A DNA stretch of 61,380 nucleotides, filler included, from 4 parts of 4 records of this genome joined end to end with filler, not necessarily neighbours in it, one strand, 5' to 3'. Positions 1-9,397 are shown, counted from the first letter of the whole stretch. Numbers and translations are program-made. The notes: generated from the letters alone by a model not told the origin.

Positions 1-19
1 TCTCGCCAGGGCGAACACG

Positions 20-862
20 ATGGCCACCTGGAAACTTTTCTTAAGGGTGAGATTCGCTATGTCCAATGATATCAATGACCTATGGATCAACTGGTTCTCT
101 AAATATGAGACTCGAACGGACAGTCTGAGACTCGATAAGATTTCCTCAGAATCTGATGCTTTATTCGAAGTACTTTCCAACGCATCGCAAACCACGATAA
201 GTCAGCGGGAAATTTTGCCAAGCAAGCTCTCGTCAACTGGAAACATCATTATCGACGGTAAAGGTAGCGCCGTAGAGTTCGAAAGCCGACTTGAACGAGA
301 CTTCATTACAATCATGGCTTTGAGAAGAGGCGTACGCGTTATCGATGCACAGCCCATAAAGATTGGTTACTTTGATGAAGATTCTCGTCCCAAATCCTAT
401 ACTCCAGATTTTCACATTGTGCGGCGTGTGTACCTCAACAACAAACCCGCGCATCTTGAGAGCATCTTTGCTGAGGTGAAATTCACCTCTGAACTCAATG
501 GCCCAAAATCACTGGAGCTCATAAGAAAGTTCAAGCACGCTCAACTTTGGGCCAAACGGCGCGGCTGGAGATTCGCTGTCTATAGCGAAGACGAAATCAG
601 AACGCCGGAACTCCATCGAGCCGAACAGCTACTGCCATTTCGCCGCAATCCCGAAAATACGAAGCTGGAAACAGCCATTGCATCTCTTCTTCGGACAGGC
701 GGACCTAAACTGATTCGAAATGTTCAACAAGAATTGGGAAACTTTCCAAGTAACCTCGTATTTTCTGAAGTTCTAAGGATGCTGGCAAACCGCCAAATCG
801 CATCTGATCCGATGTCGCTCGTAACAGAAAATAGCCTTGTCAGTATGTGGCAAGATTTCTGA
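20..862 (+). CDS. tnsA: TnsA-like transposase endonuclease subunit
   Basis: Motifs FESRLERDF, AQPIKIGY, YTPDF and AEVK (PD-(D/E)XK core) are typical of TnsA, and the gene is first in a tnsABC-tniQ run. The true start may lie downstream of 20 (ATG at 59 or later). Confidence 0.85.
   Translation: MATWKLFLRVRFAMSNDINDLWINWFSKYETRTDSLRLDKISSESDALFEVLSNASQTTISQREILPSKLSSTGNIIIDGKGSAVEFESRLERDFITIMALRRGVRVIDAQPIKIGYFDEDSRPKSYTPDFHIVRRVYLNNKPAHLESIFAEVKFTSELNGPKSLELIRKFKHAQLWAKRRGWRFAVYSEDEIRTPELHRAEQLLPFRRNPENTKLETAIASLLRTGGPKLIRNVQQELGNFPSNLVFSEVLRMLANRQIASDPMSLVTENSLVSMWQDF
106..134 (+). repeat. Two TGAGACTCG copies 20 bp apart (106, 126); candidate transposase or regulator binding sites
   Basis: Directly visible. 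Same octamer and spacing as the array at 7691-7760; degenerate TGAGATTCG at 48. Confidence 0.5.
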
Positions 863-953
863 GCAAAGTGTGGTCGGTATGGCACCTGCTGACGACTGAT
901 CCATTCTGTGGTATGTTTCGAGACCGAATCGAAATGGAACGCAGGTTGGCGCC

Positions 954-2723
954 ATGATGCAACAAGGCCATGCCCCAGTTGCCAGCGATAACAAGCGAGA
1001 TAAGGTTTCCGAAGAAGAATGGAAAAGGGCGTGCGAATTTCGCACTAGTGTCGAACGGTGGCTAGATACTAAGCAGAAGACCAGAGCCCAAGCTGAAGCA
1101 CATGCAGAAGAATTGCATGTCTCACCTGCTACATTCTACAGACTGGTCCAACGGTACATCAAAAAGCCAAACACCTCGTGTTTTTTGCGTTCGAGCAAAA
1201 AGATCACGCCTAGAACTGGACGGCTCACTGAGGTCCAAGAGGCCTTGATGACGTCCACGATCAATACGCATTACCTAAACAAACGAAGACCAACGCAAGT
1301 CTCTGCGTACAACGAGTTACGTGTAGATTGCCATCTAAAGAAAATCCCGTTGCCTTCAATGTCGGCCTTTCGGAAACGGCTTCTTTCGGTGGCGCCCAAA
1401 ACCCTATGCAGCAAACGGTTTTCCGTAAAGTACGCGAACGAAAAATATAAAAGGGAACAAGGCCACTTTCCGTACGCAGAGTATCCGCTGCAATGCATTC
1501 AAATTGACCACACCCCCACCGACAGACATCTCGTTGATCCAGAACACAGATGCGTAATCGGAAGAGCCTTTTTAACAACAGCTATTGATTGTTATAGCCG
1601 AGCATGTCTCGGATATTACGTTAGCTTTGCGCACCCCAGCACTCTTTCCGTTGCAATGTGTCTGACACACGCTGTCCTAAGGAAGGATAAATGGTTACTT
1701 GAACGCCGCATTAGCGCTCCTTGGCCAATGCACGGACTGCCCGACATAATTCATACTGATAATGCCAAAGAGTTCAGAAGAAACCTGTTTGTCAGAGATT
1801 GCCAAGAATATGGAATATCTGCTCTGTTCAGGCCCTTAGGACAACCGAATTTTGGGGGTACAGTAGAAAGCTGGATCAGAAACATGAACCGGCAAAATCA
1901 TGGACAGCCAGGTTCGACAAGAAGCCCCCCAAACAAAAACTCCGACTACAACCCGGAAAAAGATGCATGCCTGACTTTAAACGAATTAGATCGAAGGTGG
2001 GCTCTTTTCATTACGGGTGTATACCATAACAAAGTGCACAGCGAGATCGGCATGCCTCCAATGGCAAAGTTCGAACAAGGCTTGCAAACGATGTACGAAA
2101 AATATGGCAAGACAATCAGAGAGCCTGAAGACCCAGATCGCTTTTTGTTGGATTTCCTACCGCAGGTTACGAGAACAGTTCAGAAGTACGGCGTTCGCTT
2201 TAATCACATTGAGTATGATGGTGAAATCCTAGATTACCTCCTCAATATGAGCGAGAAGAGAAGCTACACGGTTCGCTACGATCCACGCGATATCTCCAAA
2301 CTGTTCATCTATGTGCCTAGCGAACAGAAGTATTACCCGCTCGTCTACAGGGATAAATCCCTGCCACCAATGAGCCAATATGAATACAACATCATTACGC
2401 GTGAAGCACAGCGTGCAGGAAGGGCTTTAGAGAACGAGGCTCAGATCGTGGAAAGCCTCCTTGAAATGCGTCGCGACACCGAGAAAGCTCTCAAAGAAAC
2501 GAAGCACCACAAGCGCAAGAGACGGCAAAAGGCACTCCAGCCAGGCAACAACCCTTCGACAGTTCCAGCCATCAATAACGGCGAAACAGCCAAAAAAGTT
2601 GATGGTAATAAGCTCGGTACTGCACGGGGTGCGGATAGAGACAAGGGTGGACGCTCGCAAGGGCGGAAAGCAGTGTATGAGTTCGATCCAGAGATTCTGC
2701 AGACAGGGATTGATCTGGAATGA
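954..2723 (+). CDS. tnsB: DDE transposase, TnsB/TniA (Mu-like integrase core)
   Basis: QIDHT, AIDCYSRACLG, IHTDNAKEF and GGTVESW DDE motifs; N-terminal HTH; C-terminal RYDPRDIS Mu-transposase region. Confidence 0.92.
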   Translation: MMQQGHAPVASDNKRDKVSEEEWKRACEFRTSVERWLDTKQKTRAQAEAHAEELHVSPATFYRLVQRYIKKPNTSCFLRSSKKITPRTGRLTEVQEALMTSTINTHYLNKRRPTQVSAYNELRVDCHLKKIPLPSMSAFRKRLLSVAPKTLCSKRFSVKYANEKYKREQGHFPYAEYPLQCIQIDHTPTDRHLVDPEHRCVIGRAFLTTAIDCYSRACLGYYVSFAHPSTLSVAMCLTHAVLRKDKWLLERRISAPWPMHGLPDIIHTDNAKEFRRNLFVRDCQEYGISALFRPLGQPNFGGTVESWIRNMNRQNHGQPGSTRSPPNKNSDYNPEKDACLTLNELDRRWALFITGVYHNKVHSEIGMPPMAKFEQGLQTMYEKYGKTIREPEDPDRFLLDFLPQVTRTVQKYGVRFNHIEYDGEILDYLLNMSEKRSYTVRYDPRDISKLFIYVPSEQKYYPLVYRDKSLPPMSQYEYNIITREAQRAGRALENEAQIVESLLEMRRDTEKALKETKHHKRKRRQKALQPGNNPSTVPAINNGETAKKVDGNKLGTARGADRDKGGRSQGRKAVYEFDPEILQTGIDLE

Positions 2724-3628
2724 CATCTCACCTGCACCCCAGAACCCTCGAGCTACTCGCGGAAAATGCGGAAAGGAAAACCCTTTGGATGAAGGAACCA
2801 AAGTGGACCTCCTACGAATATGCTGATCGTTTATTGAGAGAGATTTCTCTCACTGTAAAACAACCACCGTGTCATCGGATGCCTTCAATGTTGCTGATTG
2901 GAAAGAGCAACAACGGAAAAACGATGATTCTGGAAAGAGCGCTTAAAGCTCATCCCCCGATCACGGATATCGAAGCTGAATCCAACAATGTTCCCGTCAT
3001 ATTTATAACAATGCCCCCAAGACCCGATTTGCGACGTTTTTATTCAATGGTGTTAAAACGTCTGGGGGCACTCTTCAAAGAGTCAGCCGCAACTTCTGTT
3101 CTTGAGATCCAAGCTCTAACTTTATGCGAAAGTCTCGGTCTTCGTTCAATCATTATTGACGAGTTTCACAATGTCGCCCGCTGCAGTGTCCGGTCTCAGC
3201 ACGAGTTTTTGAACATGCTGCGATTTTTAAGCAATGAATTACGCATCTCTTTTGTTGCTGCTGGCATAGACTCTGCAGCACGGGTCATTGCATCTGACCC
3301 CCAATTGGCCAGCCGATTTCGCCCCTATAGTTTGCCTCTGTGGAAAGACGGCGAGGAGTACCGAAAACTTCTCTTTATGATCGAATCCTTGATTCCGTTA
3401 CCCGAACCTTCGTTCCTGTACAAGAACGAGGAAATTGCAAAGATGATCCTCACTGTAGGTGAGGGTAATTTGGGAGATATGATCGATTTTCTGAAAGAAG
3501 CAACTTACATTGCATTTGATGATGGCTCGCCAAGTCTGACAGTTGCTCACTTCAGAGATACTGGCTTTGTTCCAAAGTCCGTTCAGGCAGCAAGGCTACG
3601 TGATTTGGCCAAGCAGTCTCATGACTAG
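2720..3628 (+). CDS. tniB: TniB/TnsC AAA+ ATPase
   Basis: Walker A GKSNNGKT, Walker B IIIDEFHN, FLNMLRFLSNEL and DPQLASRF; ATGA overlap with tnsB. Confidence 0.92.
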   Translation: MTSHLHPRTLELLAENAERKTLWMKEPKWTSYEYADRLLREISLTVKQPPCHRMPSMLLIGKSNNGKTMILERALKAHPPITDIEAESNNVPVIFITMPPRPDLRRFYSMVLKRLGALFKESAATSVLEIQALTLCESLGLRSIIIDEFHNVARCSVRSQHEFLNMLRFLSNELRISFVAAGIDSAARVIASDPQLASRFRPYSLPLWKDGEEYRKLLFMIESLIPLPEPSFLYKNEEIAKMILTVGEGNLGDMIDFLKEATYIAFDDGSPSLTVAHFRDTGFVPKSVQAARLRDLAKQSHD

Positions 3629-4604
3629 CCGCTATTTACCGGTCCGTCCAAGGCCAAAATGCGGTGAAAGCCTATCGAGCTGGATTGTCAGAACGGCGCA
3701 TTTGAACGGGCTTTATCTACAGACATTTTGTGATCTGGTCTGGCCCCTCTATCCGATATGGAACAGGGATACTGATCGTCTGGGAGACTCAAACATTCTC
3801 CGCCAGATGGCGATACTCACGGGCACTTCGCCAGCAAAAGCACTGGCGACCGCCTTTCCATTTTATGAAAAGCTTTTGCTACCGGAAACTTCCCACTCAG
3901 GGTTGCAGCAGGAGATCACCGTTCTTGGGATTTTTCACAGGATTCATAAGAAGTTTGGCCAAACCTATTGTCCACAATGCGTCAAGGAAGAGGGCTACTA
4001 TCAGCTGTTTTGGCGCCTAAATTGCGTTACGGTTTGTACAAAACATCGCCAACGCCTGCTTGATCGCTGTTGGAATTGCGGAGCACCTGTCTGCCTGCAT
4101 CGCGGCGAAATCCACAAGTGCGACAAATGCGGCACGGACCGGCGTGACGCAAAGAGGAATTTGCAGATTGATCCCTATGCCTTCCGACTACAACAGAGGA
4201 TAGATCAAGCAATAACGACGGGGACACTATTCTGGGATGTTCCGGCAGATACGCCAAAGGCATTTCTTCGACTGATTTCTGAGCTTATGCATTGTTGCAC
4301 AGGTCAGGGACACCGCGCACCAAACCTAAGAGAATCCGTCCAAAAATTGATGGGTGGAAATTATGGGCGACTCGATATCCCGGGGGAAAAGCCCAACATT
4401 GGTGTTCTCGATTGTGAAACACGACACCAATTAATGGCACTCGTCGGCAGACTTATTTTCAACTGGCCCTGGAGCCTTATTGCGTGCGGCACGAATGCCC
4501 AGTGTTGGCGATCATACTTTTTGAGTCCGGTTGACGACCCGTGTCACGAGTTACGAGAAGGCACAGCATTGCTGAACTATGACCTCAAAAATCCAGTTTA
4601 TTAA
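3621..4604 (+). CDS. tniQ: TniQ-family target selector
   Basis: N-terminal LPVRPRPKCGESLSSWIVRTAHLN; Zn motifs CPQC, CTKH, CWNC and CDKC. Start ATG 3621 overlaps the tniB stop. Confidence 0.9.
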   Translation: MTSRYLPVRPRPKCGESLSSWIVRTAHLNGLYLQTFCDLVWPLYPIWNRDTDRLGDSNILRQMAILTGTSPAKALATAFPFYEKLLLPETSHSGLQQEITVLGIFHRIHKKFGQTYCPQCVKEEGYYQLFWRLNCVTVCTKHRQRLLDRCWNCGAPVCLHRGEIHKCDKCGTDRRDAKRNLQIDPYAFRLQQRIDQAITTGTLFWDVPADTPKAFLRLISELMHCCTGQGHRAPNLRESVQKLMGGNYGRLDIPGEKPNIGVLDCETRHQLMALVGRLIFNWPWSLIACGTNAQCWRSYFLSPVDDPCHELREGTALLNYDLKNPVY

Positions 4605-6531
4605 TTGCGTGCAAGAGATCTTCTCCCAACTGCTCTCGATATTTGGGGTTTCTCCGAGAAAGGTACGAATAGCATCCAGCTACTTCAACAAGCTCTTCTG
4701 TTCTCGGCCAACCGCCATTTTTTGCACGAACACCGGTGTAAAGAATATCCAGGAGAACATTCTGACCAAGCCATATTTCTTCATCCGGTTTAACCAACAG
4801 GTTACCAAGTTGCAACGGATTATAATGAGGTGGTGCTCGCCTCTCGACACAGAACAAATAGTAATCTGAATCATGAATGTGCAACCTTGCTATTAGAGCA
4901 CAAAGTTGGCGGCTGCTATGGGGCTGAACAAGGTTCCGGGTCCCACCCCACTCAGGTATTTCGATAAGTGAGACCTTGGGATCCACCCGACGCATTGGAT
5001 ACCAATTGTCGGCTAATGTCCAAACGCGCACAGTAGTAGACTCGACCAATGAGAAAAGGGCAGATGCGACTGGGCTAATTGGAAATTCAACTTTGCAGCC
5101 CAACCAATTATCTAGGATTGCTCTGCTTCCATCTGAGCTGGATGGCCGAAGTTGAAATTTTCCATAGCGATAACGATAATGGGGAGCTTGCCCTAAAACT
5201 GGCCGTATTCTTTTGAAAGGTACGTCAACTTTCTGATTAAATAATATCCGCGCCTCTCGAAGTAGACCTTCTGGTGTGTTCACATTTTTAATCAGCCTTT
5301 CTTTGGGATGATCCTCTGGCAGTCTATTATAGCTGGCAGGAGGGAGAGGAGGACCATATACCTCTGTTCTAAGCGCGAGTTCAGGTAGCGGCGTCCATGT
5401 AAAAGTTTTCTGTAGAATGGACTCACCATGGAACCCCGACACGGGGACATCAATTCGGCCGCTTTTATTCGGGCTGACCTTTTCATCTATCTTTTGCTTG
5501 CTTGAGAAATGAAGGCGCGAAACCCGATGCTTGGGTTCAATTGAAACAATCTGAACAGCTTGAACGGCCTGACGATTAATCAACGCCCCGTCGACAGAAA
5601 CATTCATAATACCGTCAGGTTTTGCCTCTGAAGTCGACACACGTCGTCCCAGAAACTCGATCATAAATGGTTCGGTGAATGGAAAGAATGCGGGAAATTC
5701 GGAAAACGCCCGTCCTTCGCTAAACAAAATCCCGACAAGCATCTGAGCCGTCTTCCTGAGGTAGGCATCGGCCCGACCACCTGAGACAAGAAAGTTCGCC
5801 AAATTTATAGCCGCACGAAGATGTGCCGGACTATCACACCTATTCAGTTTGCACTCATACCTTTGACCAATTTGTTTTGGTAACCGTTGAAAAAATCGCG
5901 GCAGTACGGGCTTGGTTGCTCCTTCCAAAAGATACTGGACCAAGATCGATGATTTGTGAAAATAGATCCAAAAAAGGTCGCCAGGACTAAGAAGAACTTG
6001 TTCGTTAAAGTTTGATGCGTAGAGGTTTTGTTCTCCAGGCTGCATCATGATTGCCGACACACGAAACCGAGGGACAATCCATCCTTGATCAACACTAAGA
6101 CTCTTCGGAAAACGGGTGAGCCGCACATCCGACTTTGTTTCACGATGGAGCCAAACATGTTCTATAGATTCTGGGTCAACCCACATCCTGCAGGTCAACA
6201 AGGACTGTTCTTTGGGTAAAATCTGTCTGTGGTAAAAAAGGAGCTGGCTTTCACGAATCTGCGAAAAATCCTTGATCGGAAACCGTCGCAGAACTGCTGT
6301 ATGCGCGTTTGATCTGGCCCATCCGTAAAGATCATGTTCGACTTTTAAAACTGATTCATTGATTTCCAAAATTCGAGCAATCAACCAGATTTGCTGGGAA
6401 TCATAGCCTTCCTCGACCGACAACATACTGTCGTGTCCGACCCCCACAAAATCGAGCAGATACTGTGGGTGTTCAAATTCTCTCGCGACATACGCAGGAA
6501 TGCTTTTCAGTTCGGCACTAGTCTCTTTCAT
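4585..6531 (-). CDS. Large hypothetical protein, possibly a divergent TnsE-like target selector
   Basis: ~648 aa from ATG 6531, which overlaps the recombinase stop (the ORF track starts it at 6735). The segments DLFWIYFHKSSILVQYLLEG, FFPFTEPFMIEFLG and C-terminal ALIARLHIHDSDYYLFCVERR...GVRAKNGGWP resemble, from memory, TnsE-family patterns; adjacent to tns genes. Confidence 0.4.
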   Translation of the reverse strand: MKETSAELKSIPAYVAREFEHPQYLLDFVGVGHDSMLSVEEGYDSQQIWLIARILEINESVLKVEHDLYGWARSNAHTAVLRRFPIKDFSQIRESQLLFYHRQILPKEQSLLTCRMWVDPESIEHVWLHRETKSDVRLTRFPKSLSVDQGWIVPRFRVSAIMMQPGEQNLYASNFNEQVLLSPGDLFWIYFHKSSILVQYLLEGATKPVLPRFFQRLPKQIGQRYECKLNRCDSPAHLRAAINLANFLVSGGRADAYLRKTAQMLVGILFSEGRAFSEFPAFFPFTEPFMIEFLGRRVSTSEAKPDGIMNVSVDGALINRQAVQAVQIVSIEPKHRVSRLHFSSKQKIDEKVSPNKSGRIDVPVSGFHGESILQKTFTWTPLPELALRTEVYGPPLPPASYNRLPEDHPKERLIKNVNTPEGLLREARILFNQKVDVPFKRIRPVLGQAPHYRYRYGKFQLRPSSSDGSRAILDNWLGCKVEFPISPVASALFSLVESTTVRVWTLADNWYPMRRVDPKVSLIEIPEWGGTRNLVQPHSSRQLCALIARLHIHDSDYYLFCVERRAPPHYNPLQLGNLLVKPDEEIWLGQNVLLDILYTGVRAKNGGWPRTEELVEVAGCYSYLSRRNPKYREQLGEDLLHAINKLDF

Positions 6532-7483
6532 CTTGATCGAAACCTGCTCCAAGACTTGCGATGACTTTTCGGTAAGCATTACCATCGACGCCAGCAATGT
6601 ATGGCAAAAGGCCCCTTTCGGTGCGATGGTGAGTGACATTGAGAATGTCACCATTCGTGACACCTGCATGGTGAGCTGCCGTAATGAACCCGCGTCGTAA
6701 TGAATGGGCACCATACTCTTCCTGCGGCGCTCCAAGTTTCCCCATCAAATGTTTTATGAGGCGGTAAAGATATCGGTCGGAAACGTGCTGCATGGTGGGA
6801 GCATGTGCCGCAATTCGAGGAAAGCAGAATGGACTGCTGTCCGAGAGCTCAACATGTAATGCACTTAGCACTGACCATGCACACAATGGTGAAGAAACTC
6901 TCGGAACAAAACAGCCATCAATTGCTTTACCTGATTTGCTCCAACCTGTGGTGATACAGAACCCCTCTTCCTCAAATCGGATGTTACTCCATTCCAGGCA
7001 GACCAACTCCGATCGACGCATCGCGCTTGCAAAGCCAGTCAGCAACATCGCGCGATCCCGTCGACCCTTTAGGGTTTCTGGAATAAGTTTCAACGCTTGG
7101 AGAAGCGTGTCAGGTTGGATTTTGCGTTTAGGTCGATTGATATTCTTTTTTGCACGTCGACACCCTTTCAGGAGGCGAGCCAAAAGCTCGCGATCGTCCC
7201 TTACCGCGCACCCGGCAAGTCTTAGATGATGCCGGATCGCCGAGAGGTCTTGTGTCAGAGCCGACATGCCTACTGTCCGGGAACGCTCTGTGAGAAACAG
7301 ACCGATTGTCTTGGCCGAAGGAGCGCTCTGTACCAAGCCGTGCAACCTGCACCAATTCTGATATCGTTTCCAAGCAGCTTGGTATCTTCGACGCGTAGAT
7401 GTTGCCAATGCAGTGTCGACAAGATCGCCGGCCGATGCCGCCAGACTAAGAAGGTAAGACTGCTCCGTACTAGGCCGATTCAT
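6518..7483 (-). CDS. Cre-like tyrosine recombinase (site-specific integrase/resolvase)
   Basis: SAM-like N-terminus (STRRRYQAAWKRYQNWC). Catalytic set present: RDRAMLLTGFASAMRRSEL (R), SKS (K), HSLRRG (HxxR), THH (H) and LLPYI (Y). Confidence 0.9.
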   Translation of the reverse strand: MNRPSTEQSYLLSLAASAGDLVDTALATSTRRRYQAAWKRYQNWCRLHGLVQSAPSAKTIGLFLTERSRTVGMSALTQDLSAIRHHLRLAGCAVRDDRELLARLLKGCRRAKKNINRPKRKIQPDTLLQALKLIPETLKGRRDRAMLLTGFASAMRRSELVCLEWSNIRFEEEGFCITTGWSKSGKAIDGCFVPRVSSPLCAWSVLSALHVELSDSSPFCFPRIAAHAPTMQHVSDRYLYRLIKHLMGKLGAPQEEYGAHSLRRGFITAAHHAGVTNGDILNVTHHRTERGLLPYIAGVDGNAYRKVIASLGAGFDQDERD

Positions 7484-7602
7484 GGGACTGCTCCAAGGGA
7501 AGAAGCGAGCTGAATTCTGCCGCAGATTGAAGAATTCCTCAAGATTTTGACGCAACACGCTCCCAGAATGCAATCATCAAGCTTCACGCATTTCGGAAAC
7601 CG

Positions 7603-7631
7603 CATGAAAATTCTGATTACATGAAAATTCT
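7603..7631. repeat. Direct repeat CATGAAAATTCT x2 upstream of the recombinase
   Basis: Copies at 7603-7614 and 7620-7631; possible operator or recombination sub-site. Confidence 0.45.
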
Positions 7632-7680
7632 TCGAGAAAAAGTAGAAGTCCACTTTTTCAATGGTTTGGTACCCACATCA

Positions 7681-7760
7681 TTTTTTTCAATGAGACTCCC
7701 GTTTTCATCTTTGAGACTCGTTTTTTAATTTGAGACTCCCTTTTTCGGGGGTGAGACTCA
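7681..7760. repeat. Array of four T-tract/TGAGACTC units; candidate TnsB-binding sites or transposon end
   Basis: TGAGACTC at 7691, 7712, 7731 and 7752 (spacing 21, 19, 21), separated by T-rich tracts; the last unit ends in CA at 7759-7760. Confidence 0.75.
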
Positions 7761-7913
7761 TTAGTCGAGAAATATCTGCCGCATTTTGGGTTAAGTCGTA
7801 TGTTTTGGGTGAGTAGCAAAAGGGTATAAGATACTCGTAATGTAACGTCGTCGCATGCGCGTATTGCGTTCAGGATGACGCTCAATTTGTGCGTTGGCAG
7901 GAGGGGGAACTGC

Positions 7914-8357
7914 ATGAGCCACACCCAAGAAGATCCACTATCAGAGAGCGTCCAGATTGCTCATCTGACCATGCTGCAAGGTACCATCGCCAGGATGGGA
8001 TCGAACTCATTTTCACTCAAAGCACTCTCTGCAACATTTGGAAGTGCTGCCGTCGCTGTGACGGCTTCAGTTGATCATCCTACCCTTTACTATGCTGTCT
8101 CGGCTGTCATTCCGATCCTGATTTTCTGGATGATGGATGCACAATATATCCGATACGAGCGCGCCTTCAGAAAGTTGTTTGATCATGTCCGGAAAGGTCA
8201 ATCCATAGAGCCTTACAGTATCGATCCCGCTCCTTTTATGAAGGATATTGGGCCGGTTCTTAACCTTGCCTTATCGTGGTCAGTATTTCCGTTCTACGGG
8301 GCAATATTGCTAAGCTTCGGATTGGTTGTGTCGTTGATTCTTGATGGGGGCTCCTGA
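7914..8357 (+). CDS. Small multi-pass membrane protein, putative effector of the adjacent TIR
   Basis: AGGAGG RBS; HLTMLQGTIARMGSNSFSLK and FWMMDAQYIRYERAFRKLF motifs; about three hydrophobic helices; stop abuts the TIR start. Confidence 0.7.
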   Translation: MSHTQEDPLSESVQIAHLTMLQGTIARMGSNSFSLKALSATFGSAAVAVTASVDHPTLYYAVSAVIPILIFWMMDAQYIRYERAFRKLFDHVRKGQSIEPYSIDPAPFMKDIGPVLNLALSWSVFPFYGAILLSFGLVVSLILDGGS

Positions 8358-9002
8358 ATGTCTCTTGCAGCAAGCTTGCGTATCGACCCACCGCAGAAGC
8401 GACGTGTGTTCTTCTCGTTTCATTATCAACAGGACATTTGGCGCGTTAACCAGATCAGGAATTCTTGGCGCTATCAGCGCGAAGCACAGCGCGAAGCCGC
8501 AGGCTTTTTTGATGGTAGTATCTGGGAAAGATCACAACGCACAAGCGATGAGTCTCTCAAGACCCTCATTCGCGAGGGCATCAGCAACACCTCCGTCACA
8601 TGTGTATTAGCCGGACAACATACCTATGCGCGACGCTGGGTAAGATATGAAATTGCCCGCAGCATTATCAAAGGGAATGGCCTTCTCGTCGTTCAAATCC
8701 ACAACTGTAGAAACCGGCTTGGCTATACCTCCCAGCCAGGCCCCAATCCACTCGACCATATGGGAACCTATCTCACGAACGATAACCGAATTCTTCTCGC
8801 CGAAAGAAACAACCAAAGTAACTGGGTGAGATACGATGACTATACACAAGCTGTTTCATTACCCGGAGGATGGCAAGTACCGACTTCTAACGTGGTCATC
8901 CCGTTAAGCAGCTACGCAAATCAGTATTGTTATGTTGCCCATAACGGTCCGGCCAATTTCGCAACATGGGTCAGTAACGCCGCAGCTTTTGCAGGCAAAT
9001 AG
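8358..9002 (+). CDS. ThsB-like TIR-domain protein (DUF1863 type)
   Basis: RRVFFSFHYQQD, GFFDGSIWE and NTSVTCVLAG..TYARRWVRYEI, with the catalytic Glu retained. Confidence 0.9.
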   Translation: MSLAASLRIDPPQKRRVFFSFHYQQDIWRVNQIRNSWRYQREAQREAAGFFDGSIWERSQRTSDESLKTLIREGISNTSVTCVLAGQHTYARRWVRYEIARSIIKGNGLLVVQIHNCRNRLGYTSQPGPNPLDHMGTYLTNDNRILLAERNNQSNWVRYDDYTQAVSLPGGWQVPTSNVVIPLSSYANQYCYVAHNGPANFATWVSNAAAFAGK

Positions 9003-9027
9003 ATCGTCAAAGACAGGAAGCTATCAT

Positions 9028-9381
9028 ATGCACAGAGATGACAGCTATTTGCGTGATTTGCTGCTGGAGATCGAGGACAGTCCGGACATTGTTTTCATCT
9101 CACGTCGACCGATAAGCGCCTCGACGGAACTCAAGAAACAAAACCATCATCTGGACTTGCTGTGCGATTGCGGCTTTCTTGCAAGGGTTAACGACAACGC
9201 CTATCGCCTGACGTCAGCCGGACATGACTTCACACAAGCACTTCGCAATGAAACGATCTGGTCCAAGACCAGAAGCAAAGTGGCCGAGGCCGGCGGATAT
9301 GTGACCTTGGAGATTCTCTCGACTATTGCCATTGGCTATCTGAAACAGGAGATTTCAAAAGCGACCGGTCTTACACTCTAA
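9028..9381 (+). CDS. DUF2513-family (winged-helix-like) protein
   Basis: MHRDDSYLRDLLLEIE and RLTSAGHDFTQALRNETIWSKT match the DUF2513 pattern. Confidence 0.75.
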   Translation: MHRDDSYLRDLLLEIEDSPDIVFISRRPISASTELKKQNHHLDLLCDCGFLARVNDNAYRLTSAGHDFTQALRNETIWSKTRSKVAEAGGYVTLEILSTIAIGYLKQEISKATGLTL

Positions 9382-9397
9382 CATTCAAGAGGTAGAG

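Larger units (their letters stand above)
20..7760. mobile_element. Tn7-like (TnsA/TniA/TniB/TniQ) transposon module with a convergent tyrosine-recombinase operon; boundaries uncertain
   Basis: Contiguous tnsA-tnsB-tniB-tniQ, with TGAGACTC repeat clusters at both sides. No target-site duplication was identified. Confidence 0.7.

Noticed and set aside
6532-6735. N-terminal 68 aa of the 716-aa ORF
   Set aside because: Lies inside the recombinase catalytic 3' end; ATG 6531 gives a more plausible short overlap.
7681-7760. Mini-CRISPR array or CAST interpretation of the repeat array near tniQ
   Set aside because: The conserved unit is only 8 bp with 11-13 bp between copies, far too short for repeat-spacer units, and no cas genes are present.
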